A stretch of DNA of 64,000 nt from assembly GCA_965208665.1 (NCBI GenBank), contig CBDBPH010000002.1, positions 1,163,040 to 1,227,039 on the forward strand. Direction: 5' to 3'. A model generated the notes under the pieces. The model was given only the letters and a program-made list of their open reading frames with translations. It had not been told where the DNA came from and searched no databases. Shown here piece after piece: positions 1 through 9,216 of this stretch. Numbering within the stretch: the stretch's first letter is position 1; every line of letters begins with the position of its first letter. Position numbers and translations under genes: made by a program. The DNA comes from Dehalococcoidia bacterium (lineage in GTDB: Bacteria; Chloroflexota; Dehalococcoidia; Bin125).

Positions 1-1137
1 GCGTTGATGGGCTACTACATCGGCACGCCTGCCGCCGTGATCGCGATGTTGAACGAGCCGGAACGCTACACACACATGGTGTTGCACTTGCCGATCCCGA
101 TGGTCGGCAATCAGATCCTGCCCAGTACAGCGTCCGCTTCACCCCAGGACGAATACAGCGAACTCATGGACGGCACGATCGGCAACCTCCTTCGACTCGG
201 CTGGCAGTATCACGAGGAGTCGGCAAGACGTGCGCTGCTGACGATCATCGCGCCGACGGCCGACGAAGCCACACTGAGAAGCCTCTCGGAACTGATGCAT
301 CACTACCCCTCGATGAATCGGCTCTTCGGTCTCATTCCGGAGATGCGCAGCCTCAATCTGCGTGACGAACTGCGAAGCGTCGAGGTGCCGACACTGATTT
401 CGATCCCGCCCGAGGGCGACGGCTTCGAAGACTCGAATGCTTCATTCGGACGAGACTGGGCGCGGCGAATCCGCGGCGCGCGGCTTCTGGTTGGGCGAGA
501 CGACACTTCAGTGCTTGTGAACGGGGCCCTGACAATCAACCAACTGGCTGAGGCGATGGAGGAGTTCATCGGTCTCGATCTGCAGTCACAGACCTCAGGC
601 CAGGCGACGCGGACCGTGTTGTTCACCGACATTGAAGGGTCGACATCAATGGTCGATCGACTCGGCGATGACGAGGCACGCACCATCACGCGCGAGATCG
701 AACAGCTCACACACACTGCGATTCGTGACCATCAGGGCGTTCAGGTCAAGACAATGGGCGACGGAGTCCTGGCCTGGTTCGGCGCCGCGTCGGCGGGCGT
801 CGAGGCAGCCGTGCAGATCCAGAGTCAACTGGCCAACCACGAGCGTTACAGCGATGTCTACGTTCGGATCGGACTCAGCGCCGGCGAGCCGATCGCCGAG
901 TCCGACGACCTCTACGGCACCACGGTCAACCAGGCCGCGCGCATCATGTCCATGGCACAGGGCGGCGAAATCCTCGTCTCCGACCTCGTCCGCGGTCTGT
1001 TGCAGGGGCGGCGGTACCGCTTCGAGGATCGCGGAGTCCATCAGCTCCGCGGCTTCAGTGAATCGATCCAGCTGTTCAGGGTCGAGTGGCAATCCAGCGA
1101 CGGCGGCGATAGTGCCCTGGAAGGGACAACCCGATGA
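1..1137 (+). CDS. alpha/beta-hydrolase-like region fused to a class III adenylate/guanylate cyclase domain (5' end cut by window edge)
   Basis: The frame is open from the window edge (the track start at 4 is a TTG). The C-terminal half carries class III cyclase blocks: LFTDIEGST, KTMGDGVLAWF, RIGLSAGEP, GTTVNQAARI. The N-terminal half resembles the distal part of an alpha/beta hydrolase. The stop overlaps the next start (ATGA at 1134-1137). Confidence 0.8.
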   Translation, partial: ALMGYYIGTPAAVIAMLNEPERYTHMVLHLPIPMVGNQILPSTASASPQDEYSELMDGTIGNLLRLGWQYHEESARRALLTIIAPTADEATLRSLSELMHHYPSMNRLFGLIPEMRSLNLRDELRSVEVPTLISIPPEGDGFEDSNASFGRDWARRIRGARLLVGRDDTSVLVNGALTINQLAEAMEEFIGLDLQSQTSGQATRTVLFTDIEGSTSMVDRLGDDEARTITREIEQLTHTAIRDHQGVQVKTMGDGVLAWFGAASAGVEAAVQIQSQLANHERYSDVYVRIGLSAGEPIAESDDLYGTTVNQAARIMSMAQGGEILVSDLVRGLLQGRRYRFEDRGVHQLRGFSESIQLFRVEWQSSDGGDSALEGTTR

Positions 1138-2123
1138 CCGAGATGACCAAGCGTGAGCGCGTACGGGCAGCAGTATCTGGCAAGCCGGTCGACCGGGCGC
1201 CTGCGTCCCTCTGGGGACACGATTTCCTGCGCGAGTGGAGCAACGACGAGCTGGTCGGCGCGACCTGCGAGCAGTACGAAGCCTACGACTGGGACTTCGT
1301 CAAGATCAATCCGCGCTGGTCGATGTTCCCCGAAGCCTGGGGCGCCGTCTATCAGCCTCCGGTCGAGCAGACCAATCAGACCATGATCAGTCCCGCCCTC
1401 GCAGAACTCGACGAACTCCACGACGTCGTCTCGGTCCACGCCGAGCGCGGCGTGTTCGGCGAACACATCGAGTCGACCCGCCTGGTCGTCGAGCGAACCA
1501 GGGGCGAAGTTGATGTAGTCCAGACGGTGTTCTCGCCGATGGCCACGGTGGGCCTCATGTTCGGCCATCCACGAGCCTTCAAGCAGGCTGCGGCAGAGGC
1601 GCCCGCTGCCGTACACGGCGCGATCGCGCGAGTGACGGAAACGATCATCAACTACAGCCGCGCGAATCTGAATGCGGGCGCATCAGGGGTGTTCTACGCA
1701 CCGCTGCAGTGGGCCAGCTATGCCAACTCGACGACCGATTTCTACCGGGAGTTCGGCCGGCCCTATGACCTGCAGGTGCTCGACGCGATTCGCGACGCCG
1801 AGTTCAACATCCTTCACGTCTGCTTTAGAAACAACATGCTGAACGAACTGCTCGACTACCCGGTGCACGCCTTCAACTGGGACGACCGCGACGAGACCAA
1901 CGCCAGCCTGTCTGATGTCTGGTCCCAGACCGACAAGGCGGTTATGGGTGGCGTTTGCAGAAGCGGCCTGGGAGAGCTCGGCCCCGCAGAGATTCAGACG
2001 CAAGCCTCGGAGGCGGCCGGCGTAGGCAACACACGGGTGTTCGTCACCGGGGGCTGCTCAATCCCGCCGCACACGACTCACGAGAATCGCGCAGCAGTCG
2101 CGGCCGGCGCTCGCGCCAACTAG
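1134..2123 (+). CDS. uroporphyrinogen decarboxylase (URO-D)-like family protein
   Basis: 329-aa ORF. The N-terminus KRERVRAAVSGKPVDRAP and the overall length and pattern are typical of URO-D/MtaA-like family members. Translationally coupled to the cyclase gene. Confidence 0.7.
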   Translation: MTEMTKRERVRAAVSGKPVDRAPASLWGHDFLREWSNDELVGATCEQYEAYDWDFVKINPRWSMFPEAWGAVYQPPVEQTNQTMISPALAELDELHDVVSVHAERGVFGEHIESTRLVVERTRGEVDVVQTVFSPMATVGLMFGHPRAFKQAAAEAPAAVHGAIARVTETIINYSRANLNAGASGVFYAPLQWASYANSTTDFYREFGRPYDLQVLDAIRDAEFNILHVCFRNNMLNELLDYPVHAFNWDDRDETNASLSDVWSQTDKAVMGGVCRSGLGELGPAEIQTQASEAAGVGNTRVFVTGGCSIPPHTTHENRAAVAAGARAN

Positions 2124-2153
2124 CGAGCGTCGACCAGCGGACTGACCTCCCGC

Positions 2154-2966
2154 TCACTGGTCTCGGGACCATTGCGCGAAACAATTCGTGATCCAGGGCG
2201 CCGCGACACAGGCTCCCGCCGCAATGCCCACGGTGAACAGCAGCCAGGGCCAGTAGATCTCCTGGGTGCCCCACGGATCCGCTCCGATACCCGAGGCATT
2301 GGCTCCGTACTCAAGCCACCAGCAGAGGAAGACGTACAACGCCAGCGCGACATTCAATGGACTCACGACCGGGCCGCCAAAGCCGCGTCCCACGATCCAA
2401 CGGCTGAGCAGGGCCAGGAACGTGAGCGCCGCACCCCAGGTGAGGGCCGGCTCGGGGACACTGGCCTGACTGTGCCACATCCCCACATGCAGCCCGAACG
2501 AGAACAGCGCGAAGATAAGCCACCAGGCGGCGAGCGGATTGATCACATAGGGCGCAACCACGCGAGCACTCAACAGAGTGCCGCAAAACAGCAGCGAGAA
2601 CGGCCAGTAAATCGGCTCTGCCGCGAATGTTTCGCCGAGGCTGGTAAAGCTGATGAGGACCTCCCCGACAATCACGCCGGCTACGCCGAGCACCAGCGTC
2701 AGATTCTCCGCCTCAAGGAGGTCGCCGCGTAACGGGCGTAGTGTCAACGCCCGTGAGATGAACACCAGCGAAATGATCATCGCTGCCCAACCCGCTGATA
2801 GCGCGGGGCCCGCACCGCTGACTTCGAGCAACGTCTCGAGCAGAAACACCAGGACAGCCGCGATGATCACCATCCGTGAACCGGTGTCGTTCCAGCACGC
2901 CAACGCACGTTCGGTCGGTCTCATCGTCGATGCTCCCTGTTCGTCGCCCGGTCGTGTTCGTCTCAA
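2154..2966 (-). CDS. polytopic membrane protein of unknown function (paralogue B)
   Basis: 270-aa ORF with multiple hydrophobic segments. Clearly alignable with the upstream gene (FAAEPIYWPFSL, SPLNVALALYVFLCWWLEYG, EIYWPW). 4-nt overlap with that gene. Confidence 0.6.
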   Translation of the reverse strand: MRRTRPGDEQGASTMRPTERALACWNDTGSRMVIIAAVLVFLLETLLEVSGAGPALSAGWAAMIISLVFISRALTLRPLRGDLLEAENLTLVLGVAGVIVGEVLISFTSLGETFAAEPIYWPFSLLFCGTLLSARVVAPYVINPLAAWWLIFALFSFGLHVGMWHSQASVPEPALTWGAALTFLALLSRWIVGRGFGGPVVSPLNVALALYVFLCWWLEYGANASGIGADPWGTQEIYWPWLLFTVGIAAGACVAAPWITNCFAQWSRDQ

Positions 2967-3748
2967 GCGTTCCGATCCGGCAATCGCTCAACCGCGGAGG
3001 CTACCGCAGCGCACCCCGCGGCCAGACCGGTGTTGACCAGGATCCAGGGCCAGTAGAGGTCCTCGGCCAGCCAGTCCACGCCGACGCCGCTCTCGTGTAG
3101 CCCGAACTCCATCCACCAGTCGAGGAAAACGAACAGCACCAACGCGACGTTGAGCGGGCTCACGATCGGTCCGTCGATGCCCTTGCCGGCGATCCAGCGT
3201 GCAATGAACGCGAACACCGCCAGCGCGCCGGCCCAGGTCCAGGCCGGTGAGGGGTAGCTGACATCGGCCTGCCATATCGCCAGATTCAACCAGAACTGCA
3301 GGAACGAGAAGACCAGCACCCAGATGAACAGCGGTCGATTCGCGTAGGGCGCCAGGATTCGCGCGGCGACGACCGTAAGGATCAACATCAGCGAGAACGG
3401 CCAGAAGATTGGCTCTGCCGCGAAGCTCGCCGAGACCGATGAGTAGGACAGGATGTACTCGCACATCACCAAGCCGAGCACGCTGAGCAGAGCCGTCATG
3501 TTCTCCACGTCGGTCAGGGTTCCGCGGAGCGGTCTCATCGTCAGTACGCGACCGACCACGACGGCCGTGAGCAGTTCCGCACCCCACCAGATCGACGCCT
3601 GATCGACGTTGGCCAGCTCGCCGATCGTCTCTAGCAGGAAGATGAGCAGCGATGTCAGGATGACAAACCGCCAACCGGTGTCATCCCAGATACTGCGCAA
3701 CGATCCGACTGGGTCACTCATGAATCGCTCGTGATGAGGCATAGCCAT
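2963..3748 (-). CDS. polytopic membrane protein of unknown function (paralogue A)
   Basis: 261-aa ORF with the same architecture as 2154-2966 (FAAEPIFWPFSL, SPLNVALVLFVFLDWWMEFG, DLYWPW). No family recognised. Confidence 0.6.
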   Translation of the reverse strand: MAMPHHERFMSDPVGSLRSIWDDTGWRFVILTSLLIFLLETIGELANVDQASIWWGAELLTAVVVGRVLTMRPLRGTLTDVENMTALLSVLGLVMCEYILSYSSVSASFAAEPIFWPFSLMLILTVVAARILAPYANRPLFIWVLVFSFLQFWLNLAIWQADVSYPSPAWTWAGALAVFAFIARWIAGKGIDGPIVSPLNVALVLFVFLDWWMEFGLHESGVGVDWLAEDLYWPWILVNTGLAAGCAAVASAVERLPDRNA

Positions 3749-3842
3749 CTCCTATCGGAAGCGGTGCTCATTGATGCGAACGTAGGGCTTTGGAATCGGC
3801 CATGCCGTACGTTGCAGGCAACCTAGAACACACACGGCGAGG

Positions 3843-4655
3843 ATGAGTATGGGAGCACTCGATGGCAAGGTTGCGTTGATTACAGGTGCGGCATCTGGGA
3901 TTGGACTCGCGACCGCTCAGGTCTTCGCGGAAGCGGGTGCGCGCGTTGCGATGTTTGATCGCAACGCCGACCTCGTCAATGAAACCGCGCGCGAGTTGGG
4001 TTCCAGCGCCCTCGCCATCAACGGCGACGTGACCAGCGAAGAGGATGTCGAAAGAGTGGTTGCGGCCTGCGTCGACCGTTTCGGGCGCCTCGACATCGGG
4101 TTCAACAACGCCGGCATCGCCGGCGCCGCGCCCATTCACGAACAGGAGCTGGGCCACTTCCAGCAAGTCATTGACGTCTGTCTGACGGGTGTGTTCCTCT
4201 GCCTCAAGCACCAGTCGAAGCGATTGATCGACCAGGGCGAGGGTGGCTCGTTGATCAACACTGCCAGCATCAACGCGACCCAGGCGAGCAAGGGTTTGAG
4301 CGCCTATTGCTCAGCGAAGGCGGGGGTCGCCATGCTGACCAAGGTCTCGGCCCTGGAACTCGGAGAGCATGGCATCCGTGTCAACGCGATCGGTCCTGGC
4401 CACACTCGGACTCCGATGACGGAGCGAGCGCGCGATGTCGAAGGGTTCGACGAGGCCATGATCGGCGCCACACCTCTCGGCCGGCTCGGAGAACCTGGCG
4501 ACATCGCGCAGATGGCGCTGTATCTGGGCAGCGACGCCAGTCCATGGGTGTCGGGACAGCTCTTCTACGTCGATGGAGGGATCACGGTGAACGAGCTACC
4601 ACCGGGTTTCAACATGCTGGAATCATCGTTGAGACGCCCGGCTCCGCCTAGCTGA
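3843..4655 (+). CDS. short-chain dehydrogenase/reductase (classical SDR)
   Basis: Has TGAASGIG (the TGxxxGxG cofactor motif), NNAGI, and the YCSAKAG catalytic Tyr-x3-Lys. Confidence 0.9.
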   Translation: MSMGALDGKVALITGAASGIGLATAQVFAEAGARVAMFDRNADLVNETARELGSSALAINGDVTSEEDVERVVAACVDRFGRLDIGFNNAGIAGAAPIHEQELGHFQQVIDVCLTGVFLCLKHQSKRLIDQGEGGSLINTASINATQASKGLSAYCSAKAGVAMLTKVSALELGEHGIRVNAIGPGHTRTPMTERARDVEGFDEAMIGATPLGRLGEPGDIAQMALYLGSDASPWVSGQLFYVDGGITVNELPPGFNMLESSLRRPAPPS

Positions 4656-4675
4656 ACGAATCCAGTCATACCCGA

Positions 4676-5476
4676 ATGGAGCAACCGATGGGACAACTCG
4701 ACGGCAAGGCTGCACTGATCACCGGCGCGGCTTCAGGAATCGGACTGGCAGCGGCGAAACGCTTCGCTGAAGAAGGAGCGCACGTCGCGCTGGCAGATCG
4801 CAATGCGGACGGCGCCGCCGAGGCAGCGCGAGAAATCGGCTCACAGGCGATTGCCGTCACCGCCGATGTCACGGACGAGGACGATGTCGCCGGCATGGTT
4901 ATGTCCTGCGTTGACCGCTTCGGCAGGTTGGATATTGCCTTCAACAACGCCGGCATCGGCGGCTGGTCGCCGATCCAGGACTATCCACTGGACCAGTTCC
5001 AGCGCGTGATCGACGTCTGCCTGACCGGCGTCTTCCTTTGCATCAAGCACGAGTCCAAGCATTTGATCGAGCAGGGCTCGGGCGGCTCAATCATCAATAC
5101 CGCTTCGTTGAACAGCATCCAGGCGACCGAGGGGTTGTCGGCCTACTGCTCGGCCAAGGCGGGCGTGGCGATGCTGACCAAGGTCTCGGCGCTCGAGCTG
5201 GGACGACACAACATCCGCGTGAACAGCATCGGACCCGGCCTGATCAGGACGCCGTTGACCGAAGGCCTGCGCGATGTGCCCGGACTGGAAGACGCCTTCG
5301 CCGCGGAAGCTCCGCTGGGACGAGTGGGCGAACCGGAAGATGTAGCCCAGCTAGCGCTCTGGCTCGCCTCCGATGCGTCGTCGTTGATGACGGGACAGAC
5401 CGTACAGCTCAACGGCGGCGCCGACATCAACAAGTACCCGCCGCTGTTCGAGTTTCTGGGCCAACAGCCGCTGTAG
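4676..5476 (+). CDS. short-chain dehydrogenase/reductase (classical SDR), paralogue of 3843-4655
   Basis: Has TGAASGIG, NNAGI and YCSAKAG. Long blocks are shared with the previous gene (VIDVCLTGVFLC, GVAMLTKVSALELG). Confidence 0.9.
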   Translation: MEQPMGQLDGKAALITGAASGIGLAAAKRFAEEGAHVALADRNADGAAEAAREIGSQAIAVTADVTDEDDVAGMVMSCVDRFGRLDIAFNNAGIGGWSPIQDYPLDQFQRVIDVCLTGVFLCIKHESKHLIEQGSGGSIINTASLNSIQATEGLSAYCSAKAGVAMLTKVSALELGRHNIRVNSIGPGLIRTPLTEGLRDVPGLEDAFAAEAPLGRVGEPEDVAQLALWLASDASSLMTGQTVQLNGGADINKYPPLFEFLGQQPL

Positions 5477-5529
5477 CTCGTAGACTGCCTGCCGACTGAG
5501 CGCTTCGAGACACGGAGTGGGAGCTGATC

Positions 5530-6426
5530 ATGCGCGAATTTGCCGGCAAGACGGCGGTGGTTACCGGAGCGGCGAGCGGGATGGGTCTGGCATTCGCCCG
5601 GCGCTTCGCCGCCGAGGGCATGAACGTGGTCCTCGCCGACATCGAAGAGGATGCGCTCAACGCCCAGATAACCCGGCTCGAACAGGAAGAGCGCAACGTA
5701 CTTGGCGTAATCGTCAACACGATGCGTCGCGAGGCGCTGGAGAATCTGCGCGTGCAGACGATCGAGCGCTTCGGCAACGTTCACATCCTCGTCAACAACG
5801 CCGGTGTCGCCGGCGGCGATGATGCTGGCTTCTCAGCCGACGGTTCGATTCGGGGCTCGTGGGACGTGCCCGACGCCACCTGGGAATGGATCATGGGCGT
5901 CAACTTCTGGGGCGTCCTCTACGGCATCCAGGTCTTCGTCCCGCACATGCTGGAGCACGGCGAAGAGGGACACATTGTCAACACGGCCTCCCTGGCCGGA
6001 CTGATGCCCGGCGGCAGCGCGTACAGCGTGTCGAAGCATGGGGTGCTGACGCTGACCGAGGGTCTCTACAACCAGTTCCGGGCGATGGGCGCCAATCTGA
6101 GCGCGTCGGTGCTTTGTCCGGGCTTCGTCAACACCAAGATCGGCCTCGCCGACCGCAATCGGCCAGCAGAGCTTGGGGGAACCTCTGAGAGATCGCCAGA
6201 GTTGCAGGATGCCATCTCCGCCATGCTCGGCGGCGGCATGGACCCCGACCGCGTCGCCGACATCGTGTTCGATTCGATCGTCGAACAGCGCTGCTACATC
6301 CTGCCGCATCCCGCCTGGGACGATGTCGTCCGCGGCCGGGTCGACCACATCCTCGCCAGGGGCGCGCCGTTCACCGTCGACATGGAGGAGTTGATGCGCC
6401 GCAGAGCAGCCGGCGAAGAAGTCTGA
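5530..6426 (+). CDS. SDR family oxidoreductase, about 295-aa subtype (array member 1 of 5)
   Basis: Has MREFAGKTAVVTGAASGMG, NNAGV and YSVSKHG, plus the C-terminal extension shared by the next four genes. Confidence 0.9.
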   Translation: MREFAGKTAVVTGAASGMGLAFARRFAAEGMNVVLADIEEDALNAQITRLEQEERNVLGVIVNTMRREALENLRVQTIERFGNVHILVNNAGVAGGDDAGFSADGSIRGSWDVPDATWEWIMGVNFWGVLYGIQVFVPHMLEHGEEGHIVNTASLAGLMPGGSAYSVSKHGVLTLTEGLYNQFRAMGANLSASVLCPGFVNTKIGLADRNRPAELGGTSERSPELQDAISAMLGGGMDPDRVADIVFDSIVEQRCYILPHPAWDDVVRGRVDHILARGAPFTVDMEELMRRRAAGEEV

Positions 6427-6455
6427 TCATCTAATCAATTGAAAGGGTCGAAACG

Positions 6456-7349
6456 ATGCGTGAGTTTTCAGGCAAGACGGCAGTAGTTACAGGAGGCGCC
6501 AGCGGGATCGGTCTGGCGATGGTCGAGCGCTTCGCGTCGGAGGGAATGAACGTTGTGCTCGCCGACATCCAGGAGGATGCGCTCAACGCACAGGTCCAGC
6601 ACCTGGAGCAGGAAGAACGCTCGGTGATGGGCATCGTCGTCAACACGATGCAGCGTGAATCACTCCAGCGCGCTCGCGACGAGGTGATCCAGCGCTTCGG
6701 CAACATCCACATCCTCTGCAACAACGCGGGAGTGCTCAGTCGCGAGGATGCGAACAACCTCGGCGAGAGTCCGCTCAACATATGGGACGTCGAGGACAGC
6801 GTCTGGGAGTGGGTCATGGGGGTGAACTTCTGGGGCGTGCTGAACGGCATCAAGGTGTTCCTGCCCCACATGATCGGGCACGGCGAAGACGGACACGTGG
6901 TCAACACTGCCTCGCTCGCAGGGCTGATACCGGGCGGCAGCGCATACAGCGTCTCCAAACACGGCGTGCTCACCCTGACTGAGGGCCTGCATCAGAATCT
7001 GGCGCGGATTGATTCCAAGATCGGTGCTTCCGTGCTCTGCCCGGGCACGGTCAGCACGAAGATCATGATCGCCGACCGCAACCGGCCCGATGAGTTCGGC
7101 GGAGCGGCCGACCTATCGGACGAAGAGTCCGTCGCCGCGAGCGCCTTCCTGGCCGACTCAATGGATCCGTCCAATGTGGCGGAGCAAGTCTTCCAGTCGA
7201 TCGTGGAGGAGCGTTGCTACATCCTGCCGCATCCGGCCTGGGATGACTTCGTACGCCAGCGGGTGGAGAACATCATCGCTCGTGAGACGCCCGTCGAACT
7301 CGATCTCGAGGACATGTTGCAGCGTCGCACAGCGGGCGAGCATCTCTAG
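6456..7349 (+). CDS. SDR family oxidoreductase (array member 2 of 5)
   Basis: Has MREFSGKTAVVTGGASGIG, NNAGV and YSVSKHG. Lies 29 nt after the previous gene. Confidence 0.9.
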   Translation: MREFSGKTAVVTGGASGIGLAMVERFASEGMNVVLADIQEDALNAQVQHLEQEERSVMGIVVNTMQRESLQRARDEVIQRFGNIHILCNNAGVLSREDANNLGESPLNIWDVEDSVWEWVMGVNFWGVLNGIKVFLPHMIGHGEDGHVVNTASLAGLIPGGSAYSVSKHGVLTLTEGLHQNLARIDSKIGASVLCPGTVSTKIMIADRNRPDEFGGAADLSDEESVAASAFLADSMDPSNVAEQVFQSIVEERCYILPHPAWDDFVRQRVENIIARETPVELDLEDMLQRRTAGEHL

Positions 7350-7410
7350 CGGCCGCGCTTAGACTGCGCGAACAATCGGCACAAGATCAGGTGTCCGGAG
7401 AGGACCGACC

Positions 7411-8295
7411 ATGCGCGAATTCGTGGGCAAGACAGCGGTGATCACTGGAGGAGCAAGCGGCATGGGCTACGCCTTCGCCGAGCGCTTCGCCTCCGAGGGC
7501 ATGAACGTCGTCCTCGGCGACATCGAGACCGACGCGCTCAACGCGGCGGTGACACGGCTCGAACAGCAGGAACGCAACGTCCTCGGCGTCGAGGTCAACA
7601 CCATGCGCCGCGAGACGCTTGAGAACCTGCGCGACCAGGCGGTCGACCGCTTCGGCAAGATCCACGTGCTCTGCAACAACGCCGGTGTGACCTCACGTGA
7701 GGACGCAGGCATCGGCGCCTTCCCGGTCTGGGAAGTCCCCGATTCGACCTGGGACTGGGTCATGGGCGTCAACTTCTGGGGCGTGCTCTACGGAGTGCAG
7801 GTGTTCGTGCCCCACATGCTCGAACACGGCGAGACCGGGCACATCGTCAACACGTCGTCGGTCATGGGACTGGTCCCGAGCGGTTCGGCCTATGGCGTCG
7901 CCAAGCACGGCGTGTTGACCCTGACCGAGGGCCTCTGGCACCACCTGCGGGCGGCCGACTCCAACGTCTCCGCGTCCGTACTCTGCCCCGGTTTCGTCAA
8001 CACGCAGATCACTGAGGCCGAGCGCAACCGTCCAGCGGAGTTCGGCGAAACGATCGAGGGAACCGCGGAGCAGCGTGCGTTTTTCGGGCAGTTACTCGGT
8101 GAGGGCATGGAACCGTCCGATGTCGCGGAACTGGTCTGGCAGGCCATGGTCGATGACCGGCTCTACATCCTGCCTCACGAGGGTTGGCGAGAGATCGTCC
8201 GCGGACGCGTCGAAGCCATCCTCGATGGCGGGGAACCAATCGAACTCGATTTCCAGGACATGATGCAGCGTCGAGCACGCGGAGAGATCGTCTAA
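7411..8295 (+). CDS. SDR family oxidoreductase (array member 3 of 5)
   Basis: Has MREFVGKTAVITGGASGMG, NNAGV and YGVAKHG. Confidence 0.9.
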   Translation: MREFVGKTAVITGGASGMGYAFAERFASEGMNVVLGDIETDALNAAVTRLEQQERNVLGVEVNTMRRETLENLRDQAVDRFGKIHVLCNNAGVTSREDAGIGAFPVWEVPDSTWDWVMGVNFWGVLYGVQVFVPHMLEHGETGHIVNTSSVMGLVPSGSAYGVAKHGVLTLTEGLWHHLRAADSNVSASVLCPGFVNTQITEAERNRPAEFGETIEGTAEQRAFFGQLLGEGMEPSDVAELVWQAMVDDRLYILPHEGWREIVRGRVEAILDGGEPIELDFQDMMQRRARGEIV

Positions 8296-8307
8296 CGGAG
8301 CGGCAAC

Positions 8308-9204
8308 ATGCGCGATTTCAGCAATGGCACTGCAGTCGTCACCGGCGCCGCCTCGGGGATGGGCTACGCCTTCGCCGAGCGCTTCGCCGCCGAGGGCATG
8401 AACGTCGTCCTCGCCGACATCGAGGCTGATGCCCTCAACGCCGCCGTCACCCGGCTCGAGCAGCAGGAACGGAACGTCATCGGCGTCGAGGTCAACACAA
8501 TGCGTCGTGAGACGCTCGAGAGCGCCCGCGACCAGGCGATCGACCGCTTCGGCAACATCCATGTGCTCTGCAACAATGCCGGCGTGACCTCGCGCCGCGA
8601 TGGCGGCCTGGGCGCTGGCGTCGGCGCCGTCCCCGTCTGGGAAGTCCCCGATTCGACCTGGGACTGGGTCATGGGTGTCAACTTCTCGGGCGTCCTCTAC
8701 GGGCTCCAGGTCTTCGTCCCGCACATGCTTGAACACGGCGAGACGGGACACATCGTCAACACCGCCTCGCTCGCCGGACTGATCCCGGGAGCCTCCGCCT
8801 ACAGCGTGTCCAAGCACGGCGTCCTGACCCTGACCGAGGGTCTCTGGCACCACCTGCGAGCCGCCGACGCCAACACGTCCGCATCGGTGCTCTGTCCCGG
8901 CTTCGTCAACACCCAGATCAACGAGGCAGAACGCAATCGCCCCAGCGAGTTTGGCCAGTCGATCGAGGCCAATGAAACGCAGCGCGCCGCCTCTCGCGTC
9001 TTCTTGGGCGGTGGCATGGACCCGTCCGATGTGGCCGAGCTCGTCTGGCAGGCCATGGTCAACGATCAGCTCTACATCCTCCCGCACGACGGTTGGAGAG
9101 ACATCGTCCGCGGCCGGGTCGAGGCCATACTCGAGGGCAGCCAACCGGTCGAGGTCGACTTTCAGAAGATGATGGAACGCCGCGCCCAGGGCGAGCTGGT
9201 CTAG
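8308..9204 (+). CDS. SDR family oxidoreductase (array member 4 of 5)
   Basis: Has MRDFSNGTAVVTGAASGMG, NNAGV and YSVSKHG. 12-nt spacer. Confidence 0.9.
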   Translation: MRDFSNGTAVVTGAASGMGYAFAERFAAEGMNVVLADIEADALNAAVTRLEQQERNVIGVEVNTMRRETLESARDQAIDRFGNIHVLCNNAGVTSRRDGGLGAGVGAVPVWEVPDSTWDWVMGVNFSGVLYGLQVFVPHMLEHGETGHIVNTASLAGLIPGASAYSVSKHGVLTLTEGLWHHLRAADANTSASVLCPGFVNTQINEAERNRPSEFGQSIEANETQRAASRVFLGGGMDPSDVAELVWQAMVNDQLYILPHDGWRDIVRGRVEAILEGSQPVEVDFQKMMERRAQGELV

Positions 9205-9216
9205 AACAGGATCAAA

